64,000 nucleotides of DNA from an uncultured virus (IMG/VR IMGVR_UViG_3300009678_000003). Lineage: Duplodnaviria; Heunggongvirae; Uroviricota; Caudoviricetes. Numbering within the stretch: the first letter of the stretch is position 1; every line of letters begins with the position of its first letter. The stretch lies in the IMG/VR virus record IMGVR_UViG_3300009678_000003, one strand, 5' to 3'. The notes below the pieces were generated by a model. It worked only from the letters and a program-made list of their open reading frames with translations, was not told the DNA's origin and did no database searches. Below, piece by piece: positions 47,504 through 57,724 of this stretch. Made by a program: the position numbers and the translations under genes.

Positions 47504-48229
47504 ATGCCCGATGAATCTGTATCCGGCAAGATTTGTATAGTCGGGAATCACAATACTCCGGTTGGGAAGTTCTGCATCGTTGGAACGACTTCTCCCGTTC
47601 TTGACCCGCAAGACGGCAAGGTCTGCATCGTTGGAGAGCTCCAGCAACACGATTACTTCGGCAAGATCACGATTGTTGGGCAGGTCCACCAGAGCAGCGT
47701 TGACGGCAAGATCTGCATCAAGGGAGAAATACACCAGAGCAGCGTTGACGGCAAGATCTGCATCGTTAGTGTCGTTCGAGAGTTATCACAGCCGGTAGGC
47801 CCTCACCCGATCGGCTCATCAACCCCAGCAGGCGTCCTGCCTCAAACCGGCTCGGCTATCTTCACAAGTTGGCAAGAAACCACAGCCAAAGAGATCCTGG
47901 CGCATCGACACTGGGATGTTCACGAAACCGGGCGTCTAAACTTTGCCGCCGACCGCAAGGGTTGGCGTCTAGAGATGAATGTTACTGGAACCAAGCAGGC
48001 TGAGGTTGCAGCGTTCTTCGTCAGCCACGTCTGGGCAGGGAAGAGCTTCTACTTTTATGATCTTCAGGCGAACGGCTTTCAGTACGACGGAACTGGAGTC
48101 TTGTTGACTGGACGCTACAAGGTCCGCTTCGTTGACGAAAATTTCCCGCGCTACCAAATCAGCTCAGCCAGCGGCGCAAGTGCTGGAGGACGGTTTACGA
48201 TTCCATTCTCGATTATTGAAGTGGATTAG
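47504..48229 (+). CDS. distal-tail-like protein with N-terminal GKICIVG repeats
   Basis: Six repeats then FFVSH..KSFYFYD...YKVRF. Confidence 0.65.
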   Translation: MPDESVSGKICIVGNHNTPVGKFCIVGTTSPVLDPQDGKVCIVGELQQHDYFGKITIVGQVHQSSVDGKICIKGEIHQSSVDGKICIVSVVRELSQPVGPHPIGSSTPAGVLPQTGSAIFTSWQETTAKEILAHRHWDVHETGRLNFAADRKGWRLEMNVTGTKQAEVAAFFVSHVWAGKSFYFYDLQANGFQYDGTGVLLTGRYKVRFVDENFPRYQISSASGASAGGRFTIPFSIIEVD

Positions 48230-48416
48230 CTTTAGCTCTACGACGAACGAGGCGGTGATACTTGCGACGGATACGTTTAGGCTCTTTCTCGCGGGCCGCT
48301 TCGGCCTCTTGTTCCAAAGATATAAGCTTTGCTTCCGCAGGGGAGATAGCGAACCTGCGAAGGATCGACTTAACTAACATCTCCTGGTACTGATTCATCA
48401 ACGCTGCTTCATCCAT
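48213..48416 (-). CDS. small antisense-oriented protein (moron)
   Basis: MDEAALMNQYQE..., lies between duplicated gene ends. Confidence 0.5.
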   Translation of the reverse strand: MDEAALMNQYQEMLVKSILRRFAISPAEAKLISLEQEAEAAREKEPKRIRRKYHRLVRRRAKANPLQ

Positions 48417-48463
48417 AGCGGGCGGTTCACGATTCCGTTTTCGATTATCGAAGTTGATTGATT

Positions 48464-48712
48464 TTATCGAAGCGAAGTTCTGCTTAGATCGAATCCTTCC
48501 GGCCACTTAATCACATGGGTTTCGACGTGAGTTTCTGGCACGCGGCTCGATGCGTGAACAGGATAGGTGACGCGGCGATTTGCAGAATAGGTAACGACCA
48601 CAGCCTTGATGGGAAAAGGCATGAGATTGAATATGGACGGCGCCGCTTCGGATGGGAAAGCCATGACAGCAGGAACGACAATAGCAGCTCTGAGAAAATC
48701 ACGTCGATTCAT
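48464..48712 (-). CDS. small protein with Tat-like signal
   Basis: MNRRDFLRAAIVVPAVMAF. Confidence 0.55.
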   Translation of the reverse strand: MNRRDFLRAAIVVPAVMAFPSEAAPSIFNLMPFPIKAVVVTYSANRRVTYPVHASSRVPETHVETHVIKWPEGFDLSRTSLR

Positions 48713-48729
48713 ACCGCGCATTCTAATTA

Positions 48730-51700
48730 ATGCCTGACCTTTTCGGCAACTTAATTTCGGTCCCAGATCCGACAATCTCAGGCGTCTACCCTATAGCCCT
48801 GGAACCCACGGTCGAACGTTCTTCTGGCGCTGAGTACGTTGTCCATAAAATCGGGTTGAAGAAAGAACAGCGCATCCTCAAGCGCAAGGGCGGCAACCGC
48901 TGGCGGCTTCGACATACATTCCTCACCCAGGCCGATCTTGACAACACGCTCAAGCCATTCTGGGAAGCGCATCGCAGCCCGCGGGATCTGTTCTACTTTT
49001 ACGATCCATTCGAGCAGCCCTGCCCAGACGATACTGGCGCGGAAACGGTTGGCCGCTATGTCGTTCGGTTCCTAACGACCGAGCTGGAAACGACCTACCT
49101 TCGGGACGGCGCCGCTGAGGTTCAAGTTGAGCTGATTGAGGTCAACACCTCAACGGTTGCTGAATTTGTTGGCGTCGGTTGGCAGTATTACAACTGGCGG
49201 CATCCTGGCGAGGCACTACCCAATTATGCTCAGGCAGAAATAACCAGCAACGTCGGTCTTGTCCACTTCTGCAAGATCCATCCGGCAGAGAATACGCTTA
49301 CAACGCAGGCGATCAAGGTATCAGACCGCCGGGTTGAGTTGCTTCAAACCTCTGGACCAAACCCAATGGCGCGATCAGGAACCTACCTTCCGCGCCTGCT
49401 TGCCTGGGACATTCAACAGGAAATCGGCTCGGGCGATCAAGCGTCATTTGTCTTTGACGATGCCGATGGCGTTTGGCGCGCCTATTCGGAACAGATTGAC
49501 CTTTATCGTGCCGACTTTGATTTCACGACCTATATCACTCCAGGCTCGCATCTCGGCCAACTCTGGCGCGGCTATGTAGTCGATTGGGAATGGGATCAGA
49601 AGCAGGGCACCTTCACCTTGCAATGTGAAGGCGGCATCCAGCAGTTGCAACAGCAGTTTCCTAAGCGGCTCGTTTCGACTACCTGCCCGCTCCGATTCAA
49701 CGATGGCGGCGAGTGTCCATATGATGCGCAGGGCTCGGGCGGTGATCCTGGTAGCTGCGATAAGAGTTTAGACGGACTCAACGGATGCGCAGCCCACGGG
49801 ATGACGAACTACTTTCAGGGCGTCGTCATCAAGCCGCAAGAGGTCTCCGGGAAGCTCAACAATACTGGATTCTCAGGCCTCTTCAAGAAAAGCTATACCT
49901 CGACATCTACGCCATTCAAAACCGTCTATGGCAAGCCGATCCCGATTGTTTATGGCGCGGGCCGCCAGATTGTTGAGGCAGAAATCTTTGAGACGCGCGA
50001 TGAATCGGAGTTCTTTGTAGCCAGCAGCATTCTATCCGAGGGCCCGGTTGTAGAAGTTGGGCAAGTTCTTTTGGACGGAATGACGCAGCACTTCGGCTTT
50101 AATCCGGTCGTAGCGCTTGGCGCATTGGGGCAGGACGTTGGAACGATCATCGACCCGGATTTCAGAAGCTCCAGGACAGCGTTCGTCAGCATCCGCCGCA
50201 CCGATCTCGTTGGCCTGCAGAGTTCAACTGAACCCCATCAGATTCTCGTCGAGGTTCTGAACGGCGCGAAGGTGCTGGCTTTCTGGTGGTGGACTGGACC
50301 CTTTACCAACTTTGGGGAGTTTGTCAGTTCCAACCCGATTCAGATTGCAGTCGATATTGCGCTCCGTGCCGCTGGGTTGCGCTTTCCTCCTTATTACCTG
50401 ACGTCAGATTGGATCAAGGATAACTTCCTAGATCTCAACACCTACCTGGATGCCGTAAACTACTGCTCCGTAGCAGTTCCGGTATTAGTAGGCACTGGAA
50501 CGGAACCGCGCTTCGAGTTTCGCGGCACGATCCGCGAACCCAAGCCGGCAATCGATCATATCCGGGACGTGCTGGCGCAGGCGGCTTGCGATCTAGTCTT
50601 CAGCTTCGGGCAGATATCGCCGAAGGTACGTAGGGATGATATTACGACTCCACGGCCCTGGCGGCTCACCTTCGAACAGAATCAAAATATTGTCGACGGT
50701 AGTTTCCGCAGTCAGCGTCTCGTTCCGAGCTTCAATCACCTGACGCTGGTTTACAGCGATATCGATTACGACTTTGCCGAGCGCGACATTAGTCTGTATG
50801 ACGAAGAGGCTCAGTTGCGCGCCGGCATGTTTGATATCTATGGCGCGCTGACGACCAATAAGCACCAGCCGCTCGTATTAAAGCAGCAACGCACATTGAG
50901 CGGCGGATTCAAGGCATCTCAAGTCATACGCCTTGGCACACAACTACTCGCCGAAGAATTGGGTGGAGAAATTGGGAATGCCGATGAACAGCGCAAGGCT
51001 AGAACGGTAAGCCTTACGGCGCCGCTGATTGGCCTTGGCGTCGAGATTGGAGATGTTTCAAGCGTCATCCATGACGAATTGCCAGACGGTCAGGCCTATG
51101 TACGCTGGCAGTCCTGGCGCTATTCCAGTGACCTGACCGTTGAATTGAAGGGGCGTACCGTCACCGCCTCTATGTATGCTTCGCCGAGTCCGCAGGCATA
51201 TTCACCGACGACAGGTGATCCTGTTCTAGGTATTCCAGGCGGCTCGCAGGGAACGGATGGCACCGAGAACGCGCCGGAGGCGCTAGAGCCTCCCGTTCTG
51301 ACGCAACTCAGCATCAACCACAGAACGGCGCAGGTAGGAGCGAGTTGCCAACTCTTTCACCCGCTAGATCCTCCGGTAGCCCCTGCTCCTAGCGATCCAC
51401 CGGTGACACCTACACCGATTGATCCGATTCAGCCGTTGCCGCCGCCACCACCTCCACCTCCTCCGGTTCCGCCAGCGCCGCCTGCTCCTAGCGGGCCGCC
51501 TCCTGTTCCACCGGTAGTTGTAGGGGGAACGACTTATTTTGCTTCATTGGCTTCGGGTGCTTCAGACGCAAACACTGGAACTCAGCTCTTCCCGTTCCGG
51601 ACGGTCCAGAAGCTAATGTCTGTGCTAAGGCCCGGTGACTTGGGCTATTTGCGTGGCGGTGCCTGGGGCGAGCGCATCCGGAATGACCGCTATGCAATCC

Positions 51701-52632
51701 CGTCCGGCACGTCCTGGTCAAGTCCTATCACAGTTGCCGGATTCAACTCTGAGACGGTCACCATACGTAACATTGGCCTTACGAGCAGCTCGATTCAGTA
51801 TCTGATCTTCCAGGACATGACCGCGGATGGAAACGACAGTGAACAAGAATCGATCTATCTGCACCTAGCACACCATTGCCGATTCCTGCGGGTGAAGGTT
51901 ACGCGGGCGTGGTCGCATGGGATCTTGATCCCGCATGGAAGCGATCACCACCACGAGTTTCTGCAATGTGAGATTTTGAACAACGGCCTCTTTAGACCTC
52001 CAGACGATCCGCGCCGTACCTATGGTTGCTACATATCTGGCTCAGACATCCTTTTCGATGGCTGCTCGATTCACGACAACGATGCGCATGGCTATCACGG
52101 CTTCAACGGATATGGAGGAACGGACAAAGCCAACCGCCAAATAATTCGATACTGCCGTTTCTATCGAAACGGGATCACGCGCGCCGCAAATCTAGCCTAT
52201 GCTGGCCTACTCATCGGTAGTGGTGATGGAACTGTGGCCCACCACAACTTGATTTATGACAATCGTGGAGGCCTGTGGATCGGGTTCCAGAACCCAACCA
52301 ACTGTGCGGCCTACTTCAACACGATCTTTAGAAATGGTGGGGCGGTCGGTCTCGATGTCGGAAATGGATCGGTTGGCGCCATCGTGCGCAACAACATCAG
52401 CTATGGGAACACTGGGGCACAATCAAATATGGGAGGCTCTGGAACTATTCAAGATCACAATTTAATCGGAATAAACCCGTTCTTTGTTTCGACTGGCAGC
52501 ACTCCGGATCTACATCTACAGGCAGGCTCGCCAGCCTTGAATGCAGGCGTGGCTGTATCTGGCCTGACTCTTGATTTCGACGGAGTAACACGGGGAAATC
52601 CTCCAGAAATTGGAGCGTACGAAAAGATTTGA
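48730..52632 (+). CDS. tail tip/hub protein with Pro-rich linker and C-terminal beta-helix
   Basis: Cys cluster CPLRF..ECPY...CDKSL.GC..H, YGKPIPIVYG, poly-Pro linker, PGDLGYLRGG beta-helix, DLHLQAGSPALNAG. Confidence 0.85.
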   Translation: MPDLFGNLISVPDPTISGVYPIALEPTVERSSGAEYVVHKIGLKKEQRILKRKGGNRWRLRHTFLTQADLDNTLKPFWEAHRSPRDLFYFYDPFEQPCPDDTGAETVGRYVVRFLTTELETTYLRDGAAEVQVELIEVNTSTVAEFVGVGWQYYNWRHPGEALPNYAQAEITSNVGLVHFCKIHPAENTLTTQAIKVSDRRVELLQTSGPNPMARSGTYLPRLLAWDIQQEIGSGDQASFVFDDADGVWRAYSEQIDLYRADFDFTTYITPGSHLGQLWRGYVVDWEWDQKQGTFTLQCEGGIQQLQQQFPKRLVSTTCPLRFNDGGECPYDAQGSGGDPGSCDKSLDGLNGCAAHGMTNYFQGVVIKPQEVSGKLNNTGFSGLFKKSYTSTSTPFKTVYGKPIPIVYGAGRQIVEAEIFETRDESEFFVASSILSEGPVVEVGQVLLDGMTQHFGFNPVVALGALGQDVGTIIDPDFRSSRTAFVSIRRTDLVGLQSSTEPHQILVEVLNGAKVLAFWWWTGPFTNFGEFVSSNPIQIAVDIALRAAGLRFPPYYLTSDWIKDNFLDLNTYLDAVNYCSVAVPVLVGTGTEPRFEFRGTIREPKPAIDHIRDVLAQAACDLVFSFGQISPKVRRDDITTPRPWRLTFEQNQNIVDGSFRSQRLVPSFNHLTLVYSDIDYDFAERDISLYDEEAQLRAGMFDIYGALTTNKHQPLVLKQQRTLSGGFKASQVIRLGTQLLAEELGGEIGNADEQRKARTVSLTAPLIGLGVEIGDVSSVIHDELPDGQAYVRWQSWRYSSDLTVELKGRTVTASMYASPSPQAYSPTTGDPVLGIPGGSQGTDGTENAPEALEPPVLTQLSINHRTAQVGASCQLFHPLDPPVAPAPSDPPVTPTPIDPIQPLPPPPPPPPPVPPAPPAPSGPPPVPPVVVGGTTYFASLASGASDANTGTQLFPFRTVQKLMSVLRPGDLGYLRGGAWGERIRNDRYAIPSGTSWSSPITVAGFNSETVTIRNIGLTSSSIQYLIFQDMTADGNDSEQESIYLHLAHHCRFLRVKVTRAWSHGILIPHGSDHHHEFLQCEILNNGLFRPPDDPRRTYGCYISGSDILFDGCSIHDNDAHGYHGFNGYGGTDKANRQIIRYCRFYRNGITRAANLAYAGLLIGSGDGTVAHHNLIYDNRGGLWIGFQNPTNCAAYFNTIFRNGGAVGLDVGNGSVGAIVRNNISYGNTGAQSNMGGSGTIQDHNLIGINPFFVSTGSTPDLHLQAGSPALNAGVAVSGLTLDFDGVTRGNPPEIGAYEKI

Positions 52633-54568
52633 AATGCCCTGTCCTCCAGAGCTAGTCAATTACCTCATCGTTCAAATCGCCAACGACGATACCTTTGCAG
52701 TCGTTGACGAAAGAATCTTTCCGGCAGCGCTCACGGATTTTCCCGTCGATGGTACAGCTGGCACAAGCCGCTGGGTGCGCTCTAAGTGGCGGCGGACGAC
52801 TGACCCGCTCGAAGAAAGCGGCTGGTCGAATGTATTGCAGCTCGATTTCCCAAGGATACAGGCATACGAAATTGAATCGCTGCCTGACCCTGCCGGACTC
52901 TCTTACCCGCTTGTACCAGTCATCAGTTGCGTACTGGGCTGGAGCGAGTTCATTGAGTTGGTTCTCATCGCGAATCAAGCAGGCGAGGGCTGCGTCGTTG
53001 GCTACGGAGTTGGACTAGCTGCGACTGGACGCTCCTGGATCGACATTACAAACACGTCGACCGATCCTGCGGTCCGCATTGTCGATGCTGCCCTCATCAT
53101 CGGAGAGCCTGGCGCAATCGTAGATTGTCACGGCGATAAGACAATTGCAGCTGGCTGGCATCCTGGCGATGACTTTCTCGCGGCCAGTTCGATGCCATCG
53201 CCCGTATCGAATTACGCACCTTACTTGGCAACGCCTCCGGTGGCCGATATCTCCGGTCCAAGTGGGGTGATCAAATACTACGGCACCCCTGTCACTCCAC
53301 CTGCAGGCGTGGTATTTGGGAATCCCGATTTCTTCTGCCTGTCGCAGCGCTGCCCCGAGGCTGGCGATCCTGGCTGGAACTCAGCGTATCGGTGTATCAA
53401 TGTCTTTGACGTTGCGCGCACGCCAGCGGGTTTCGATCTACCGGGAGGCGGGAACTATTTCGTCAAGGTAGATGCAGGGATTTGTCGAGCCTTCGGAATC
53501 TATCTAAGTGCTGGTCACACGATCTTCCCTCCATTCATGGGAGTATCGATCGGGACCGGGCACTACGCCGGCTTCACTCAGGTTGGCTTTGTCTACGTCA
53601 GGTTTTCCACGGGGTTCTCCATCTTCCAGCCTGCCGTGGATATGGGGCCTCAGCTCGGTGGGATCCAACTCCTGCCGGCGACGACTCCACCGAATCTGCA
53701 ACTGGATGATTTCTTTGTTTTTGCTTCGGAGACTCCCTTTGCGGCGGATTTAGGCGGGAGCCTCGGGCGCTGGGAGAACGCAGTAATCGAGAACTCGTTG
53801 CCAGCGGGCGTGAGCCTGGTAATGGTCTCGCGCTCGACAAATCATCTGGTCTCGAATCTTTCACAAGTCGCGCTCGATCCGGACGTCACCTATTACTTCC
53901 GTGTCGGCGCAAGACGCTTTCAAAACCTCGCGCAAACCCAGTTCCTCTATTCCGCAACACTCTCTGAGCAGGCCTTTGGGAAGCTTGGAAGCGCCCTGGC
54001 CTTGAATCGGGCCGTGGGTTCGGGTACGGCTGAAGGTATTGCTGCATCAGCCCACTGGAAAGCTCCTGTAGCGACTGTAGCCGATTTGCCAACGCCGGCC
54101 ACGGTTGGTGACACTCGGTTAGTTCTGGATGAGCGGCTGATTTATAGCTTCGTCAATGGGCTATGGCGGCGTCCTGGCCTGCCAATTCTGCGAGTAGTGG
54201 GCGAGATCGTCTTTGGCGTTCAAACCATAGCCCTCGGCTCAAGCCGAGCCTATCGGCCCACGGTGCCCAAGGACATGCTCAATGGCGTCCTGACGGGCTG
54301 GTGCTTGCAGTGCGACACAGCAGGAAACGGCGATACCATATTCGACATCCACAAGAACGGCGTGACGATCTTCACGAATCAGGCAAACCGGCCAAAGCTG
54401 GTGAACGCGCAAACGAAGGCGACCATGACAACCGCCGGGACAACGATTGACGTGACCTCGGTCGCGAGCGAAGACGATTTGACACTGGATATTGATGCAG
54501 TACCATCGACGGTGCCAGTGAAGGTGACGGCTATTCTCTATTTCCGGCAGGACGTGAGGGAGATTTAG
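52610..54568 (+). CDS. tail fibre/accessory protein (start likely 52634)
   Basis: WKAPVATVADLP, FDIHKNGVTIFT..NRP, LTLDIDAV. Confidence 0.7.
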   Translation: MERTKRFEMPCPPELVNYLIVQIANDDTFAVVDERIFPAALTDFPVDGTAGTSRWVRSKWRRTTDPLEESGWSNVLQLDFPRIQAYEIESLPDPAGLSYPLVPVISCVLGWSEFIELVLIANQAGEGCVVGYGVGLAATGRSWIDITNTSTDPAVRIVDAALIIGEPGAIVDCHGDKTIAAGWHPGDDFLAASSMPSPVSNYAPYLATPPVADISGPSGVIKYYGTPVTPPAGVVFGNPDFFCLSQRCPEAGDPGWNSAYRCINVFDVARTPAGFDLPGGGNYFVKVDAGICRAFGIYLSAGHTIFPPFMGVSIGTGHYAGFTQVGFVYVRFSTGFSIFQPAVDMGPQLGGIQLLPATTPPNLQLDDFFVFASETPFAADLGGSLGRWENAVIENSLPAGVSLVMVSRSTNHLVSNLSQVALDPDVTYYFRVGARRFQNLAQTQFLYSATLSEQAFGKLGSALALNRAVGSGTAEGIAASAHWKAPVATVADLPTPATVGDTRLVLDERLIYSFVNGLWRRPGLPILRVVGEIVFGVQTIALGSSRAYRPTVPKDMLNGVLTGWCLQCDTAGNGDTIFDIHKNGVTIFTNQANRPKLVNAQTKATMTTAGTTIDVTSVASEDDLTLDIDAVPSTVPVKVTAILYFRQDVREI

Positions 54569-54804
54569 GCGGATCCGGTGGACTTGGCTTTTGCATTCTT
54601 GCGCGGCCTCCCAGGCTTGCGTTCTTTGACTTTCTTGAGATCAGATTCCTTGATAGTCCATACGGGGCCGAAGCGAGATGCAGGAAGCCTGCCAGCTTCT
54701 ATCAGAGCAACGACTCGGCGCTGAGTAACCCCGAGGCGTGCAGCGGCGTCGGCAGTTGTAAGATTGCGTCCCATCGCGCGGGCGGCTTCGGATAGTTTGG
54801 TCAT
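54565..54804 (-). CDS. HTH_17 DNA-binding protein with AT-hook-like tail
   Basis: LTTADAAARLGVTQRRVVALIEAGRLPA..RKPGRPRK. Confidence 0.85.
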   Translation of the reverse strand: MTKLSEAARAMGRNLTTADAAARLGVTQRRVVALIEAGRLPASRFGPVWTIKESDLKKVKERKPGRPRKNAKAKSTGSA

Positions 54805-55244
54805 TAGAGGATCTCAGTCATCTTTCCAAGAAACTTTTGCTTTCGTTCGCACTCGTGCTCTAAGTCCACAATGACAAGATAGCCGCTCTTATAGACAGAG
54901 CTGTTACGTGCCATCTCTGCAACACTGCCTCCAGATTCTTGATCGGAGAAGCCAAGATGGATCTCCTCACAATCAATTGGCCACAGCCATTTTCTCCATC
55001 GAACTTCATATCGATCCAAAGATTTAATTGGGTGGAGTAAAAGCCAGTCCTTTACTCTCCGATAAAAATCTTGATCGCATGGAATAGGAAGCAGCCGTTC
55101 GACCTGAGCTATTATCATTGTCGCTAGTTGTAGTTCCAATTTGAGGTATTCAGCGTGCTCCTTCATAGATTGGTGAGCCGATTCCCAATCAGAGATACGC
55201 GCCTCAAGCCGGACAATTTGACCAACAAGGTCGGTGTATTCCAT
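54804..55244 (-). CDS. hypothetical protein
   Basis: GAGGAGG RBS, coupled to HTH gene. Confidence 0.6.
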   Translation of the reverse strand: MEYTDLVGQIVRLEARISDWESAHQSMKEHAEYLKLELQLATMIIAQVERLLPIPCDQDFYRRVKDWLLLHPIKSLDRYEVRWRKWLWPIDCEEIHLGFSDQESGGSVAEMARNSSVYKSGYLVIVDLEHECERKQKFLGKMTEIL

Positions 55245-55271
55245 GTCTCACGCCTCCTCACAGCGATTTGC

Positions 55272-55595
55272 TTAATCCCAATACGGTTCAGCAATCTTTG
55301 AAGGAACGCGCCCGTTGGCGCGCTCGATGTATTCTCGACGATAGGCACTGGAGGCGGCAATGCTCACGCCCTGCTGATGGACAGATTCTAGACCGAGCAA
55401 ACTAGCAAGCTCGGTTCTATCCTGCTCACTCATGTAACCGTATTCACTGGCCTTTCGTGAGGTTGGGGAATCAATCTTGATCCATCCCCAAGAGGTTCCT
55501 TTGCCGCCCCTAACGCTCCACGTCTTTCCTGATCTCTGTTTCAGGGCTGACTTAATCTCTGCGATTGCTTCGTTTCTGTCTGTTCCGTCGGTCAT
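55272..55595 (-). CDS. hypothetical protein (polyvalent-domain-like)
   Basis: IKSALKQRSGKTWSVRGGKGTSWGWIKI; AAGGAG RBS. Confidence 0.6.
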   Translation of the reverse strand: MTDGTDRNEAIAEIKSALKQRSGKTWSVRGGKGTSWGWIKIDSPTSRKASEYGYMSEQDRTELASLLGLESVHQQGVSIAASSAYRREYIERANGRVPSKIAEPYWD

Positions 55596-55739
55596 TGTTG
55601 TTTCTCCTTGTTGAGATTTGATCGCGTCGGCTTTCGCTGCGCTGCCACCGAAGAGGCAACCGGACCCGTTAGCAGTTAGCTCGTTGTCTCGTTTCCTATC
55701 GGTGGCCCGCTGTGCTTTGCCGTCGTTCATCATGGGAAT

Positions 55740-55768
55740 ACTATACTTTCGTCGGAATAGATTGTCAA
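55740..55768 (-). promoter_or_regulatory. near-consensus sigma70 promoter
   Basis: TTGACA-17-TATAGT. Confidence 0.8.
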
Positions 55769-55834
55769 CAGAAATCGACGCTAGGAACGAATTATTTTTG
55801 CTTCCGTCTAACCTATTGATTCTTTAGGAGCAAC

Positions 55835-56842
55835 ATGGCGCGAGTAGGAGACTGGGGATTCGAGGGCGGGCATGACTTGATGTTTTCCTCAATGGCCGGT
55901 ATCTCGGTCACAACCCTTGGGGCGATCACCGGTCAATATGGAGTCCAAGGCAATCTCGGTCCGGGTGGTGCTGCCGCTGTGCTGCCGTTTCCGGCTGCTT
56001 TGTCTGAGTTCTTTATCGGGCTAAACTTACGGTCTACGAGCTACAGCACTACTGGGGCGCTGTTTGGATGGCGCAAGACGGGTACGATACTTGGCAGCAT
56101 CCGGCAGACCGCTGGCAGGCAATTAACGCTCTACGTTGGCGCTTCTCTGGTCGCGACGGGAACGAAGGTCTTAGTAGACAATCAGACTTACAATTTCCAA
56201 CTCGGCATCAAGATCCACGATTCCACCGGCTACGTTACCCTAAAGGTCGATGGCGTCACCGATATCAATTACACGGCGTCGGACACGAAGCCCGGAGCCG
56301 ATGCAGATGTCAACGAGTGGCAGTTAGGGAACGCGGGCATCGCAGCCGGAGGCGGAATCGGGAACTATGACGACCTAATCCTGAACGACACGACCGGCGG
56401 CGTTAATAATTCATTCCCAGGAATCCGCTATTTCTACCCGGCTCTTCCAACCGGCGACAGCGCAACAAATAACGCTTTGTCTCGCTCTACTGGCTCAAAC
56501 GGCTGGGCCCTGGTCGATGAACGGCCGCACAACATCACGGATTATGTATTCAGTGGCACCAATGGCCAGCAGCAAGGATTCACCCATGCGGCCTCGGGCG
56601 TGCCGGCTGCCAGCATCGTCAAGTCTGTCAGGTTCGATTACATCGCCTGGATGATCTCTTCGGGTCAACTCAAGGTAGGCACGAAGTCTGGCTCGACCGA
56701 GGACTTGAGCGCGGCTCAAAGTCTCGGGATTTCTCCAACCGTGCTGACGGCCTATTACGAAAACGATCCTGACACCGCCGCGGCCTGGGCCAGCATTGCC
56801 GCCGCCGATGCGGCTGAATCCCTGGTTGAGTCGGTCATCTAG
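55835..56842 (+). CDS. virion accessory protein (lectin-like beta sandwich)
   Basis: LKVDGV, YDDLILNDTTG, WALVDERP. Confidence 0.7.
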   Translation: MARVGDWGFEGGHDLMFSSMAGISVTTLGAITGQYGVQGNLGPGGAAAVLPFPAALSEFFIGLNLRSTSYSTTGALFGWRKTGTILGSIRQTAGRQLTLYVGASLVATGTKVLVDNQTYNFQLGIKIHDSTGYVTLKVDGVTDINYTASDTKPGADADVNEWQLGNAGIAAGGGIGNYDDLILNDTTGGVNNSFPGIRYFYPALPTGDSATNNALSRSTGSNGWALVDERPHNITDYVFSGTNGQQQGFTHAASGVPAASIVKSVRFDYIAWMISSGQLKVGTKSGSTEDLSAAQSLGISPTVLTAYYENDPDTAAAWASIAAADAAESLVESVI

Positions 56843-56844
56843 CG

Positions 56845-57024
56845 ATGGCGGAAGTAGATCTCACACAGGTAATCAAGAATCTCGAAGTTGAGGTTAACGA
56901 GCTTCGGCTGACTCAGGTAATAAAGCATCTTGAAGTCGAGTCGCTGCAAATCAATCTGACGCAGGTGATGAAGACTATTGAAGTTGAGATCCCTTTCGAC
57001 GATGACTTTGCTTGGGTGTCCTAG
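56845..57024 (+). CDS. 59-aa protein with three LTQVxKxxEVE repeats
   Basis: Manual translation MAEVDLTQVIKNLEVEVNELRLTQVIKHLEVESLQINLTQVMKTIEVEIPFDDDFAWVS. Confidence 0.7.
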   Translation: MAEVDLTQVIKNLEVEVNELRLTQVIKHLEVESLQINLTQVMKTIEVEIPFDDDFAWVS

Positions 57025-57035
57025 GGGAAAAGGAA

Positions 57036-57515
57036 ATGACATTCGTACTCGGAAAACGGTCGAGGGCAGAACTGGTCGGTGTCCATCCTGACCTAGTCCG
57101 TGTCGTCAAGCGTGCTTTGGAGTTAACCACCGTTGACTTTGCGGTCCATGACGGCAAGCGCACACCAGAAGAACAAAAACGTTTGGTAGAGGCCGGGGCA
57201 TCGCAGACTATGAAATCTCGGCACCTGACTGGACACGCCGTTGACCTCGTGCCCGTGATCAATGGCAAGCTGCGCTGGGAGTGGCCGCCAATCTATACGA
57301 TTGCCCGAGCCATGAAGCAGGCAGCGGTTGAACTGTCCATCCCGATCCGCTGGGGCGGGTGTTGGAGCAGGCTGAACACCCTTGACGAGCCGCTAGAGGA
57401 TCGGGTTGCGGATTACGTTCAGACGCGGCGAGCACTAGGGAAGAGCTCCTTTCTGGACGGCCCCCATATGGAGCTGCCGATTGATTCCTATCCTGAAACC
57501 CTAACGGGGAGTTAA
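57036..57515 (+). CDS. endolysin, M15 peptidase (L-Ala-D-Glu type)
   Basis: GVHPDL, RTPEEQ, SRHLTGHAVD, IRWGG, DGPHMEL. Confidence 0.92.
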   Translation: MTFVLGKRSRAELVGVHPDLVRVVKRALELTTVDFAVHDGKRTPEEQKRLVEAGASQTMKSRHLTGHAVDLVPVINGKLRWEWPPIYTIARAMKQAAVELSIPIRWGGCWSRLNTLDEPLEDRVADYVQTRRALGKSSFLDGPHMELPIDSYPETLTGS

Positions 57516-57519
57516 AGAC

Positions 57520-57717
57520 ATGGCAGTGAATTCAGATATCGCCCACAGAGTATTGGACATACTGTCAGTGATCCTGATCACCGGCGTCGCCTACCTAGCA
57601 CTGAGACTGACCGCCACAAAGTTTGATTCTGGAGAAAATCTGACCGTTTTGGCGCTGTTCTTAGGCGCCGTGGCAGACAAGCTCGGATTCCGGCTCTTGC
57701 ACGGCAAGGTAAAATGA
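57520..57717 (+). CDS. 2-TM holin-like protein
   Basis: Two TMs, basic C-terminus, follows endolysin. Confidence 0.55.
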   Translation: MAVNSDIAHRVLDILSVILITGVAYLALRLTATKFDSGENLTVLALFLGAVADKLGFRLLHGKVK

Positions 57718-57724
57718 CCGGCCT

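Noticed and set aside
48191..48461. DGR template/variable repeat
   Set aside because: Too short, differences not adenine-specific, no reverse transcriptase seen
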